A DNA stretch of 64,000 nucleotides from Gemmatimonadota bacterium (GTDB lineage: Bacteria > Gemmatimonadota > Gemmatimonadetes > Gemmatimonadales > GWC2-71-9): contig JBDTNH010000003.1 in assembly GCA_039933845.1 (NCBI GenBank), positions 2,888 to 66,887 of the forward strand, given 5' to 3'. The first letter of the stretch is position 1. Every line of letters begins with the position of its first letter. A program made the translations under genes and the position numbers. This document shows positions 27,317-36,297 of the stretch, in pieces. The notes under the pieces were generated by a model. The model saw only the letters and a program-made list of their open reading frames with translations, was not told the DNA's origin and did not search any database.

Positions 27317-28525
27317 ATGCCCCGCCTCAGCGCACTCATCATCCTCCTCGCCGCATGCGCCACGCCCGCGGTCGATGCCCCGGCCGCGCGGGTGGGCGAT
27401 CGCCATGCCTACATCTGGTCGATGGGCGACAGCACCGGCAGCGACGGGCTCCTGACCCTCGATGTCGATACGGCGTCTGCAACCTACGGCCAGATCATCG
27501 GCGGCTTGCTGCTCGATACCGTAGGGGCGAGGCCGCACCATCTCGAGCGACGGGTGCACGCCGACGGGCAACTGGTCGCCAATGGCTGGATGGCGAACAC
27601 CAGCTGGATCTTCGATGTCCACGATCCCGCCCATCCGGTGATCCGGAACACCTTCCAAACCGCTGGCGGCGTGATGGGATGGGCCCACGACTTCTCGCGG
27701 CTCCCGAATGGTCACCTGCTGGTCGCCTTCAACGGCGGCCCGGGAGCGTACACCGGCCCAGGCGGCATCGCGGAACTCGACTCGGCTGGGGCGGTGGTGC
27801 AGTCGGCGATGGCCACGATGTCGGACATCGGAGATACCGCGGCAACCCCCTACGTCGTCACCCCGGTACCCGGTCGTGACCGTGCGCTCGTCGGCCTGGG
27901 CGAGATGGGGATGGGACCTGAGTTCCACTACCACAGCGTGAACATGATCGAGCTCTGGTCGACCAGTCCGCTCAAGCCACTCGCCCTCATTCCGCTGCCA
28001 TCGTCTGGAGTCGGCCTCGGCCACATCGCGACCTCGAGCATCGTGCCAACCGCGACTGGTGAGATCTTCGCCAACACCTTCGGCTGCGGGCTCTACCATG
28101 TGAGTGGTCTCGACGGCGATTCACCCGTCGCAACCCGGGTGTTCACATTCCCCGGCGACATCGACGATGCCAGCTGTGGAGTCGGAACGACAGTCGGCAA
28201 CTACTGGATCCAGGCGGTGGCCGCGCTCCCCGGACTGATGGTGGTCGACGTGAGCAACCCCGACAGCGTGCGCGAAGTCTCCCGCCTGACACTCGACAGC
28301 ACCGCATTCGCCGGCGCGCATTGGGTGTCTGTGAACAAGGCAGGCACGCGCCTCGCCCTCACCGGCAACGGATCGTGGTTGGTGATGGCACGGTTCGACC
28401 CCGCGACCGGACAGGTCGGCATCGACGAACAGTTCGGGACCCATGATGACTCGCTGCCTGGCATCATCGTGCGCGACACCGCGGGCCGCGTCGTGCATCC
28501 GCATGGCGTGGCGTGGGGGCCGTGA
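27317..28525 (+). CDS. Beta-propeller lipoprotein, selenium-binding protein (SBP56)-like
   Basis: LAAC lipobox; DVD...TYGQII, PHH, AHW and PHG motifs. Confidence 0.6.
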   Translation: MPRLSALIILLAACATPAVDAPAARVGDRHAYIWSMGDSTGSDGLLTLDVDTASATYGQIIGGLLLDTVGARPHHLERRVHADGQLVANGWMANTSWIFDVHDPAHPVIRNTFQTAGGVMGWAHDFSRLPNGHLLVAFNGGPGAYTGPGGIAELDSAGAVVQSAMATMSDIGDTAATPYVVTPVPGRDRALVGLGEMGMGPEFHYHSVNMIELWSTSPLKPLALIPLPSSGVGLGHIATSSIVPTATGEIFANTFGCGLYHVSGLDGDSPVATRVFTFPGDIDDASCGVGTTVGNYWIQAVAALPGLMVVDVSNPDSVREVSRLTLDSTAFAGAHWVSVNKAGTRLALTGNGSWLVMARFDPATGQVGIDEQFGTHDDSLPGIIVRDTAGRVVHPHGVAWGP

Positions 28526-28527
28526 CC

Positions 28528-28544
28528 CGAGAAGCGAGAAGCGA
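28528..28544 (+). repeat. Short heptamer array
   Basis: cgagaagcgagaagcga after the stop. Confidence 0.7.
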
Positions 28545-28648
28545 TGTCACGCTGAGCGTAGCGAAGCGACGACGCTGGGCACTCCAGTGTACCTGAGCGG
28601 GCTCAGCAACTTGACACGATCTACCGCTTCGCTTCGCTCAGCGTGACA
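28545..28648. repeat. Palindromic element with 24-bp terminal inverted repeats
   Basis: TGTCACGCTGAGCG(T/A)AGCGAAGCG arms, 23/24 match. Confidence 0.9.
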
Positions 28649-28662
28649 GTGGTTGAGTGCCA

Positions 28663-28730
28663 CTCGCTTCTCGCTTCTCGCATCACGTTTCTCGCTTCTC
28701 GCTTCTCGTTTCTCGCTTCTCGCTTCTCGT
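28663..28730 (-). repeat. Heptamer tandem array
   Basis: TCTCGCT units abutting the tricorn stop. Confidence 0.92.
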
Positions 28731-31700
28731 TCACGGATACGCAAACCGCTTGACCGGATACGCCGGCGGCGGCGGCACCGGCCGCGGGTCGGCAGCGATC
28801 ATCGCCTGGAGCTCGGCGATCGCGCGGTCGAGCTGCGCGTCACCGCCCATGTAGGTGGCATGCGGCAGGTTGTCGACCTCGATATCCGGGATCACGCCCT
28901 CCTGCTCGACCAACCACTTCCCGTCCGGTCCATAGACGCCCATCATCGGTGCCCGCGCGAGTCCCCCGTCGGTGAGAGTGTTGTTGGACGACAACCAGAT
29001 TTCCCCGCCCCACGTCCGCGCACCGATCACCTTCCCGAGCCCCAATCGCTTGAACCCCTCGGCGAAGGCCTCGCCATCCGACGCGGTCTCCTGGTCGACC
29101 AGCACCACGATGTGACCCCGGAAGGCGTACTGCATGTTCCACGTCGGATCGCCGGCGCGTTCCTGCCAGTACATCCACGCCGTCCGCTGCAACTTTTCGA
29201 GGATGAACGACTCGATGTTGCCCCCCCGATTGTGGCGCACGTCGATGATCAGCCCCTGCCGATTGAAGATTGGGTAGAACTCCCGGTACCAATCGTTGAT
29301 GTCCGACTCGGTCATGGCCCGCAGGTGGACATAGCCGATGGCGCCCTTGCCTGCGACTTCGGTGCGCTCGCGGCGACTCACTTCCCAGTCGGTGTAGCGT
29401 AGCCCTGACTCGTTGCCGATCGGCGTGACGATCCGGTCGCGTGCGGTGCCGTTGCGTGCCACCGTGAGGAGTACCTGACGACCGGACTGGTTGCGGAGCA
29501 GTTCGCCGAGCTCGCCCACGCTGAGCGCGGAGGTGCCGTTGACCGCGGTGATGACGTCGCCGGTGGCGATATCGAGATCGGGATCCGCGAGCGGCGAGCG
29601 ATCATCCGGGTAATCCGGATCGTGCTGGTAGATATGTTCGATCCGGTAGCCACCCGCCGCGGGATCGCGGAAGAGGCGTGCGCCAAGCGAGGCGACGGCG
29701 ATGTTGTCGGGCCCGCGGCGCAGGTCACCACCGTAGACGGCGGTGTGGAGCGCAGAGAGCTCGCCCACCGCCCAGCCAATCACCTCGGAGAGTTCGGCGC
29801 GGGTGGTCACCCGGTCGACCAGCGGCAGGTACTTGTCGAGCGTCGCCTGATAGTCGACCCCGTGCAGATTCGGGTCGTAAAACCAATCACGCTCGAGCCG
29901 CCAGGCATCGATAAAGATCTGGCGCCAGTCCTGGCGCACGTCGATCGGGAAACTCCAACCGGTGAGATCGACCCGTGCATCGACCAGCTTGCCGGCACGC
30001 GCCGGCTTGGCACCGATCACGTGGAGCGCATTGCCACGGCGCAGCAGCATCTTCTGGCCATCCCGTGACAGCTCGAAGTAGTCCACGCCGTCTGCGACCA
30101 TGACCGGCTCGATGTCGTGGTTCGCATACGCGAGCGCCATCACGGAGCCGCTGTCACCCTGAGCCACCCAGAACAACCCATCGCGATTGGCCTCGAGGCC
30201 GAAATAGTTGCCCGACGCGACCGGCACCTTTCGGATCCGACGGGCAAGATCGGCGGTATCGATCCGGATTCGTGGCGCCGCGCCGCTGTCCGGCTTCGCC
30301 TTGCCGGCGGAGTCGGCCTTCGCTGAGGAGGAGTCGCGATCGCCCGGATGGAGTTCGTCATCGGGGAGGAACGGTGAGCGCACGCCGGCGCGGAGCGCCA
30401 CCTGGTAGATCTCGATCGACTTGTCGAAGTACGGTTCCGGCTGGCGGGGACCCCACGGCCCACCAACCGATGTCCGCAGGTTGCGATCGGAGAGGAAGTA
30501 GATGAACGCACCCTTGGGATCCCATGCTGGGGCGAACGAGTTGGTCCGGTCAGTGGTGAGCGTGACGGTCTCCTGTCGATCAACGCCGTAGAGCATGATC
30601 ACCTGAAAGGTGTTGGCGGCGGTGACACTGAATGCGAGCCAATGGGAATCTGGTGACCAGACCACATCGCCGATGCCGTTCCGATTGGTGGAGAGCTTGC
30701 GTTCGCTCCCGCTGGCAAGATTCCGGAGCCAGAGGTCGCGGTTGTTGTCGGTGAACGCCAGCCACGCACCGTCCGCCGATGGCACTCCCTGGAAGCGGAG
30801 AACGGTGCCGTCGTGAGTGATGGCCGAATCCCGACCCACACCGTTGGCGGGCAGGCGCGTGAACTCGAGCTCGCCGGTGGCGTCGGAGAGCGCCAGGATC
30901 CCCTTGCCATCAGCGGTGAACACGGCGTCGCGGTATCGCACACTGTCCGCCCGGCTCGCACGCACCAGTCGACCTTGTCCCGCCGGTGCCACGAACACTC
31001 GACCACGCGACGTCAGGACGACCCGATCGCCGGTCGGCGAGAGGTGGACGCTGCTGAGCGCACTCATCGGATCACTGACCCAGCGCTCCCGCAACTGATC
31101 GAGGTCCGAGGCGATGGTGATCGACAGCTGCCGGCTCTGGTTCGTTGCGATGTCGTACATCCACAGATCAGCACCCAACTGGTAGACGATCCGGCCACCT
31201 TCCTGGTCGGGATCCATCACATCCCAACCGCTGTGGTGCGTCAGCTGTGTGAGATCACTGCCACTCTCGGTCATCGACCAGAGGTTCATGGTGCCATCGC
31301 GCGCGGTCACGAAGTACACGCGACCGTTGTACCACATCGGCGAGTGACTCTCGCCGTTGAACCCGTTCGTGAGGCGGGTTGCCTCGGTGTCGCCGTCCTG
31401 AAACTTCCAGATCTGTCGCGCGGTGCCGCCGGTGTAGCGCTTGGTGACGTTGTTGTGGAAGCCGGGTCGCGCGAAGTAGATCGTGTGACCACTCGTGTCG
31501 TAGTTCCCTTCGGTCGCTCCCGTGAGTGGGATCCGCCGGCGCACATGCGTGGCCGGATCGAGTCGCACCATCTCGGCATTGGGCAGCGTCGCGTAGTGGG
31601 TTGTGGTGTAGACCACCTCCCCTGACGGGGTCCACGTCGTGGCACGCGAGGTCTCGGATTCCCAGCTCTGCCGGATCGGGCTCCCGCCGGTGAGCGGCAT

Positions 31701-31985
31701 GGTGTACAGCTCGCCTGGCCCTTCGTAGCGTCCGGTGAACGCCACGGTCTTTCCGTCCGGCGAGATCACCGGGTCGCTCTCATCGGCCGGATGGCTCGTG
31801 AGCCGCCGAGCCAGCCCCCCACGCACTGGCACCGTCCAGAGATCGCCCTCGGCGACGAAGACGATCGTCTCGCCGTGGAGGGCCGGCTGGCGGTAGAAGC
31901 CGAGCACGCCGGAGGCGGCTGGTGCCTGCCCGGCGAGGGGGACGGTGAAAACAAGCGCGACCAGTGCGACAAGCAGACGGTTCAC
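28731..31985 (-). CDS. Tricorn protease, S41 family
   Basis: Beta-propeller repeats, PDZ, IIDVRHNRGG, ASDGE, IGARTWGG, GVIPDIEV; signal peptide. Confidence 0.93.
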   Translation of the reverse strand: MNRLLVALVALVFTVPLAGQAPAASGVLGFYRQPALHGETIVFVAEGDLWTVPVRGGLARRLTSHPADESDPVISPDGKTVAFTGRYEGPGELYTMPLTGGSPIRQSWESETSRATTWTPSGEVVYTTTHYATLPNAEMVRLDPATHVRRRIPLTGATEGNYDTSGHTIYFARPGFHNNVTKRYTGGTARQIWKFQDGDTEATRLTNGFNGESHSPMWYNGRVYFVTARDGTMNLWSMTESGSDLTQLTHHSGWDVMDPDQEGGRIVYQLGADLWMYDIATNQSRQLSITIASDLDQLRERWVSDPMSALSSVHLSPTGDRVVLTSRGRVFVAPAGQGRLVRASRADSVRYRDAVFTADGKGILALSDATGELEFTRLPANGVGRDSAITHDGTVLRFQGVPSADGAWLAFTDNNRDLWLRNLASGSERKLSTNRNGIGDVVWSPDSHWLAFSVTAANTFQVIMLYGVDRQETVTLTTDRTNSFAPAWDPKGAFIYFLSDRNLRTSVGGPWGPRQPEPYFDKSIEIYQVALRAGVRSPFLPDDELHPGDRDSSSAKADSAGKAKPDSGAAPRIRIDTADLARRIRKVPVASGNYFGLEANRDGLFWVAQGDSGSVMALAYANHDIEPVMVADGVDYFELSRDGQKMLLRRGNALHVIGAKPARAGKLVDARVDLTGWSFPIDVRQDWRQIFIDAWRLERDWFYDPNLHGVDYQATLDKYLPLVDRVTTRAELSEVIGWAVGELSALHTAVYGGDLRRGPDNIAVASLGARLFRDPAAGGYRIEHIYQHDPDYPDDRSPLADPDLDIATGDVITAVNGTSALSVGELGELLRNQSGRQVLLTVARNGTARDRIVTPIGNESGLRYTDWEVSRRERTEVAGKGAIGYVHLRAMTESDINDWYREFYPIFNRQGLIIDVRHNRGGNIESFILEKLQRTAWMYWQERAGDPTWNMQYAFRGHIVVLVDQETASDGEAFAEGFKRLGLGKVIGARTWGGEIWLSSNNTLTDGGLARAPMMGVYGPDGKWLVEQEGVIPDIEVDNLPHATYMGGDAQLDRAIAELQAMIAADPRPVPPPPAYPVKRFAYP

Positions 31986-32070
31986 GGGATGGCCTCGACT
32001 ATGGGGAATCCAACAAGATACGGTCATCTTCCCACTTCGTGCTGTGTCCGCCCCACTTCCGGAGCCCCCC

Positions 32071-33174
32071 ATGCGCTACGCACTCGTCCTGCTTCTGCTC
32101 ACCCCCGCCGTCCACGCGGCCCAGTCCCCGAACCCTGCGCACGTGCAGCACGTCGTCGATTCGCTCGCACATGACTTCGTTTCATCAGGCGGCGCACCCA
32201 GTCTCGCGATCGGTGTGACCATGCGTGGTGCACCCGTGGCGATGATCACGGCGGGAATGGCCGACCTCGAGAATAGCGTCCCGGCCGGCACAGAGGGAGT
32301 GTACCGCATCGGCAGCGTCACCAAACAATTCACGTCGGTGGCGGTCCTCCAACTCGTCGAGCACGACTCGCTCTCGCTCGGCGATAGCCTCGCGCAGTAT
32401 GTCGACAGTCTGCCACTGGCCTGGCAGGGCGTCACGATCCAGCAACTCCTCAACCACACCAGCGGCATTCCGAGCTACACTGACCTTGGGGAACCCTGGT
32501 TCAAGCGCTGGGGTGAAGAGATGTCACCAGCCACCGTGGCCTCGCTGACGTTCGACAAGCCCATGGACTTTGCGCCGGGCACGAGTTGGAGCTACAACAA
32601 CACCGGCTACGCGTTGCTGGGGATGGTGATCGAGCGCGTGACCGGGCGGAGCTGGGGCGGGGAGATGCAGGAACGATTCTTTGGACCGCTGGGGATGACC
32701 GCATCGCTCGAATGCTTGACCGGGCCGCTGATCCCGCATCGTGTGCACGGTTATGAGCCAGTCAAAGGGGGGGGATGGCGGAACACCGACTTCCTCGACA
32801 TGTCGCAACCCTACTCCGCTGGAGCGCTCTGTTCGACCCTGACCGACATGGCCACATGGAACGACGCGCTGCACGGCGGCCGTCTGCTTTCGCCCGACTC
32901 CTACCGGCAGATGACCACGCCGATCGGCGCAGCGGCAGACTCGAGCTATGGCTTCGGGATCGGGCCGGATTCACTCGTCGGCCATGCCACGATCGCTCAC
33001 GGTGGCGGGATCCCCGGCTTCATCTCCCAGAATGTCTGGGTCCCGGACCTGCACACCTCGATCACCATCTTCGCGAGCTCCGGCGAAGCCCGGCTCGGTC
33101 GACTGCTCCGGCAGGTGGCCCGCGCCGCGTTCGGTGTGCCGCTCGACGACACGCCGACCGTGCAGTCCCCCTAG
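32071..33174 (+). CDS. Serine hydrolase, beta-lactamase/S12 family
   Basis: SVTK, LLNHTSG, YNN, HGG; signal peptide. Confidence 0.92.
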   Translation: MRYALVLLLLTPAVHAAQSPNPAHVQHVVDSLAHDFVSSGGAPSLAIGVTMRGAPVAMITAGMADLENSVPAGTEGVYRIGSVTKQFTSVAVLQLVEHDSLSLGDSLAQYVDSLPLAWQGVTIQQLLNHTSGIPSYTDLGEPWFKRWGEEMSPATVASLTFDKPMDFAPGTSWSYNNTGYALLGMVIERVTGRSWGGEMQERFFGPLGMTASLECLTGPLIPHRVHGYEPVKGGGWRNTDFLDMSQPYSAGALCSTLTDMATWNDALHGGRLLSPDSYRQMTTPIGAAADSSYGFGIGPDSLVGHATIAHGGGIPGFISQNVWVPDLHTSITIFASSGEARLGRLLRQVARAAFGVPLDDTPTVQSP

Positions 33175-33187
33175 GCGCGAACAAGCT

Positions 33188-33222
33188 GCCGAGCCGCGGG
33201 CGTTAGCCCGCGGTTGGGTTCG
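33188..33222 (+). repeat. REP-like hairpin, family B
   Basis: GCCGAGCCGCGGGCGTTAGCCCGCGGTTGGGTTCG. Confidence 0.85.
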
Positions 33223-33274
33223 TACATCGGGGAGCAATCTCTAGGCGCGCGACTGCCCGACCTGATGGTCGGGC

Positions 33275-34861
33275 CTAAAGCAGCCGCGCCACCAACCAAT
33301 CGGCCAGCGCCCCCAACACCTCGGGAGACACCTTGTTGTCGGTGAGCGTGCTGTAGCCACTCGGCAACCCGCTCGGGTCGGGCAAGAACAGGTGGTTGAG
33401 GCCGGGGAAGACACGAGTCGTCACGTCCTTATTACCCGCGGCCTTGAACACCTTCTCCAACGCGGGTGCCTGATCCGGGGTGATCTGATGATCCGTGCCA
33501 CCCTGGAGAATCAGGATCGGCGTCGCGGTCACCCGGCGAGCCGTCGCGAGCGGATCGTGACGAATGAAGAACTCGAGCCACGGACTGAGGCCGGCCAATG
33601 AGTCGGTGGCGATCCTCGCCACCTGGTACATCGAATCACGAGCTGTCGCGGCGATGCTCGTGTCGCCATCGATCGCCTGCTTCTGCTGAAACCGCAGGAT
33701 CTGGGCGCCGGTCTCCGCGGGACCGGCCATCAACACCGCTCCCCGGAGCCTCGCATCGGTTGCGGCAACCATCGGCGCGATCAGGCCGCCCTCGCTATGG
33801 CCCACCAGCGCGAGCCGATCGCCATCGATCACCGGTTGCGCCCGGAGCCAAGCGAGAGCGGCGCGAATGTCGTCGGCATAGTCGGCACTGGTGCCGAGCG
33901 CGCCACCCGAGGCACCGACCATCCGATCATCGAGCCGAAGCACCGCGATCCCTCGACGACCGAGGGTGTCCGCGACCTGACGGAACAGCCGGTACCCTCC
34001 CGCCACCGGGATGTACTCATCGCGGTCCTGCTGACCACTGCCGGTGATCGTCACCACCGCGGGCACCGGCCCCGTTGCACTACTCGGCATGGTGAGCGTG
34101 CCGCCGAGGATGACGCCGCCGGGAGTCTTCAGGGTGACCTCGGTCGCCGTGTACGGCGCACCAGGCGGGGCGGAATAGTCCGGTCGGCCGAGTTCGAGCT
34201 GCGCGGCCGCGGCGGCGCTGACCCGCTCGATCGCGATGCCCGCCGAGGGAATGGACCCGCCAAGAATGCGACCGGAGGCGTCGACACGAAGCCGTTGCAG
34301 TTGTCCGGCCACGGTGAGCGTCATCGAATCGGCGCCCAGGGGTCGGATCGCGACAGTGAGGGTCATCCCGCCACTGAGTGACCACCCGGGAATGTCGACC
34401 GAGTCACCATGGGTACGCGCATACCGAGTGAACAGCTCGGTGAGGGCGAACGAATTGTTCAGGAGCGGGAGTGCGCCGGCAGTGGTCTGGTAGCCGCGGT
34501 GCTGGCCAGCGACATCGATGAACGCACTGTCGCCCCGCAGCGTGGCCCGTACCTCCTGCAAGGGTGCGGCGTCGGCGGATGCGCCCAGTGGGAAGATCCG
34601 GAACGTCATCGCATGGATCAGCTGATCGCCACCCTGCACGGCGTGATACTCGAGCCGAGGCTGGCCACGAACTGAGACGGTGCCCGAGAGGGAATCTCCC
34701 GTCTGGGTGAATCGCTCGACCACCACCGTGTCGGCGCCGAGTTGCATGATGAAGCCGCCGCGAGCGGCGGGGGCCTGACCGGTGAGCGGCAGGGCCCATA
34801 GCATCGTCAGGAAGGCAACAGGGTAGCGGAGCAATGCGACCTCACGGAACAGGATGTCCAA
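33275..34861 (-). CDS. Secreted alpha/beta hydrolase
   Basis: ITGSG, GHSEG, GGTD, GLNHLF; start uncertain. Confidence 0.88.
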   Translation of the reverse strand: MDILFREVALLRYPVAFLTMLWALPLTGQAPAARGGFIMQLGADTVVVERFTQTGDSLSGTVSVRGQPRLEYHAVQGGDQLIHAMTFRIFPLGASADAAPLQEVRATLRGDSAFIDVAGQHRGYQTTAGALPLLNNSFALTELFTRYARTHGDSVDIPGWSLSGGMTLTVAIRPLGADSMTLTVAGQLQRLRVDASGRILGGSIPSAGIAIERVSAAAAAQLELGRPDYSAPPGAPYTATEVTLKTPGGVILGGTLTMPSSATGPVPAVVTITGSGQQDRDEYIPVAGGYRLFRQVADTLGRRGIAVLRLDDRMVGASGGALGTSADYADDIRAALAWLRAQPVIDGDRLALVGHSEGGLIAPMVAATDARLRGAVLMAGPAETGAQILRFQQKQAIDGDTSIAATARDSMYQVARIATDSLAGLSPWLEFFIRHDPLATARRVTATPILILQGGTDHQITPDQAPALEKVFKAAGNKDVTTRVFPGLNHLFLPDPSGLPSGYSTLTDNKVSPEVLGALADWLVARLL

Positions 34862-34929
34862 AGATAGGGTCGAGAACGGGAACGAGCCCCCACTGAACGG
34901 TTTGAGGCTAGATTTGGCTCTTCCTTCAT

Positions 34930-35043
34930 CGTTTCTCGTTTCTCGTTTCTCGCTTCTCGCTTCTCGCTTCTCGTTTCTCGCTTCTCGTTTCTCGTTTCTC
35001 GCTTCTCGCTTCTCGCTTCTCGCTTCTCGCCTTCTCGCTTTCT
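34930..35043 (-). repeat. Heptamer tandem array (~16 units)
   Basis: Mixed TCTCGTT/TCTCGCT units ending at the GGAG RBS. Confidence 0.95.
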
Positions 35044-35052
35044 GGAGTCACC

Positions 35053-36096
35053 ATGTCCACCGCCGCCTTCGCCGCCTTCGATGCCACTACACCGCTCAAG
35101 GCCCACAGCATCGACCGCCGTGAGCCGGGGCCGACCGATATCGCCATCGAGATCCTCTACTGCGGCGTCTGTCATTCGGACCTGCACCTCGCCCGAAGCG
35201 AGTGGTTCCCGGGTGCCTACCCGATGGTACCGGGTCACGAGATCGTCGGACGGGTGACCCAGATCGGGATGGATGTGCAGAACCACAAGGTCGGCGACAT
35301 GGTCGGTGTCGGTTGCCTGGTCGATTCGTGCGGGGAGTGCGCCAGTTGTCGCGAGCAGCTCGAGAATTACTGCAGCGGTGGGTTCACGATGACCTATGGG
35401 TCGCCAGATCCCATCAGCGGCGGCTTCACCTACGGCGGCTACTCCAAGGCGATCGTGGTCGACGAGCACTTCGTCCTGCGCGTCCCCGAGAACCTCGATC
35501 CGGCTGGTGCAGCGCCGCTTCTCTGCGCCGGCATCACCACCTATTCGCCGCTCAAGCACTGGAAGGTCGGCCCCGGCAGCAAGGTCGGCGTCGTCGGACT
35601 CGGTGGGCTCGGCCATATGGCGATCCAGCTCGCCGAGGCGATGGGCGCGGAAGTGACGGTGTTCACCACCTCGAAGGGGAAGGTCGACGACGCCAAGGAA
35701 CTCGGTGCCACGCACGTGGTGATCTCGAAGGACGAGGATCAGATGACGGCTGTTGCCGGCACGCTCGACCTGATCATCAACACCGTCGCCGCGGCGCATG
35801 ATCTCGATCAGTACATGAATGCGCTGACGCGCGATGGCACGATGGTGCTGGTCGGCGTGCCGCCGACCCCACACACCGGTCCATCGGTGATGCCGATGGT
35901 CTTCGGGCGGAAGTCGGTCGCCGGCTCGCTGATCGGTGGCCTGCAGGAGACCCAGGAGATGCTCGATTTCTGCGGGATGCACGGCATCACCGCCGACATC
36001 GAGATGATCCGCATGGACGAGATCAACGAAGCGTACGAGCGGATGCTCAAGGGCGACGTCAAGTACCGATTTGTGATCGACATGGCAACGATGTAG
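35053..36096 (+). CDS. Zn-dependent NADP alcohol dehydrogenase (cinnamyl ADH/YahK-like)
   Basis: CGVCHSD, PGHEIVG, structural Zn cysteines, GLGGLG, YRFVID. Confidence 0.95.
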   Translation: MSTAAFAAFDATTPLKAHSIDRREPGPTDIAIEILYCGVCHSDLHLARSEWFPGAYPMVPGHEIVGRVTQIGMDVQNHKVGDMVGVGCLVDSCGECASCREQLENYCSGGFTMTYGSPDPISGGFTYGGYSKAIVVDEHFVLRVPENLDPAGAAPLLCAGITTYSPLKHWKVGPGSKVGVVGLGGLGHMAIQLAEAMGAEVTVFTTSKGKVDDAKELGATHVVISKDEDQMTAVAGTLDLIINTVAAAHDLDQYMNALTRDGTMVLVGVPPTPHTGPSVMPMVFGRKSVAGSLIGGLQETQEMLDFCGMHGITADIEMIRMDEINEAYERMLKGDVKYRFVIDMATM

Positions 36097-36182
36097 CCGC
36101 GGAGGTCACGCCGCGGGATGTCCGCGCATTCGCAAGATCCAGCCGCGGCCGTCAGGCCGCGGGATGCCCGCGCATTCGCAAG
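36095..36182 (+). repeat. Tandem pair of family-B-like hairpins (46-bp period)
   Basis: AGCCGCGG-NN-GTCA-NG-CCGCGG-GATG(T/C)CCGCGCATTCGCAAG x2. Confidence 0.85.
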
Positions 36183-36297
36183 CAATTCTGATTTCCGCCA
36201 CGACCCCGCACCTGACGGAATTGGCTCCCGCGGCGTAGCTTCTGCGACCAACCTGGCTTCATCCTTCGGTTCGTCGTCAATCAGGAGCGTCTGCGTG

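Noticed and set aside
25369-27879. 836-aa plus-strand ORF and similar long shadow ORFs (2582, 23513, 37372)
   Set aside because: They are antisense or alternate-frame to well-supported genes, as expected in high-GC DNA.
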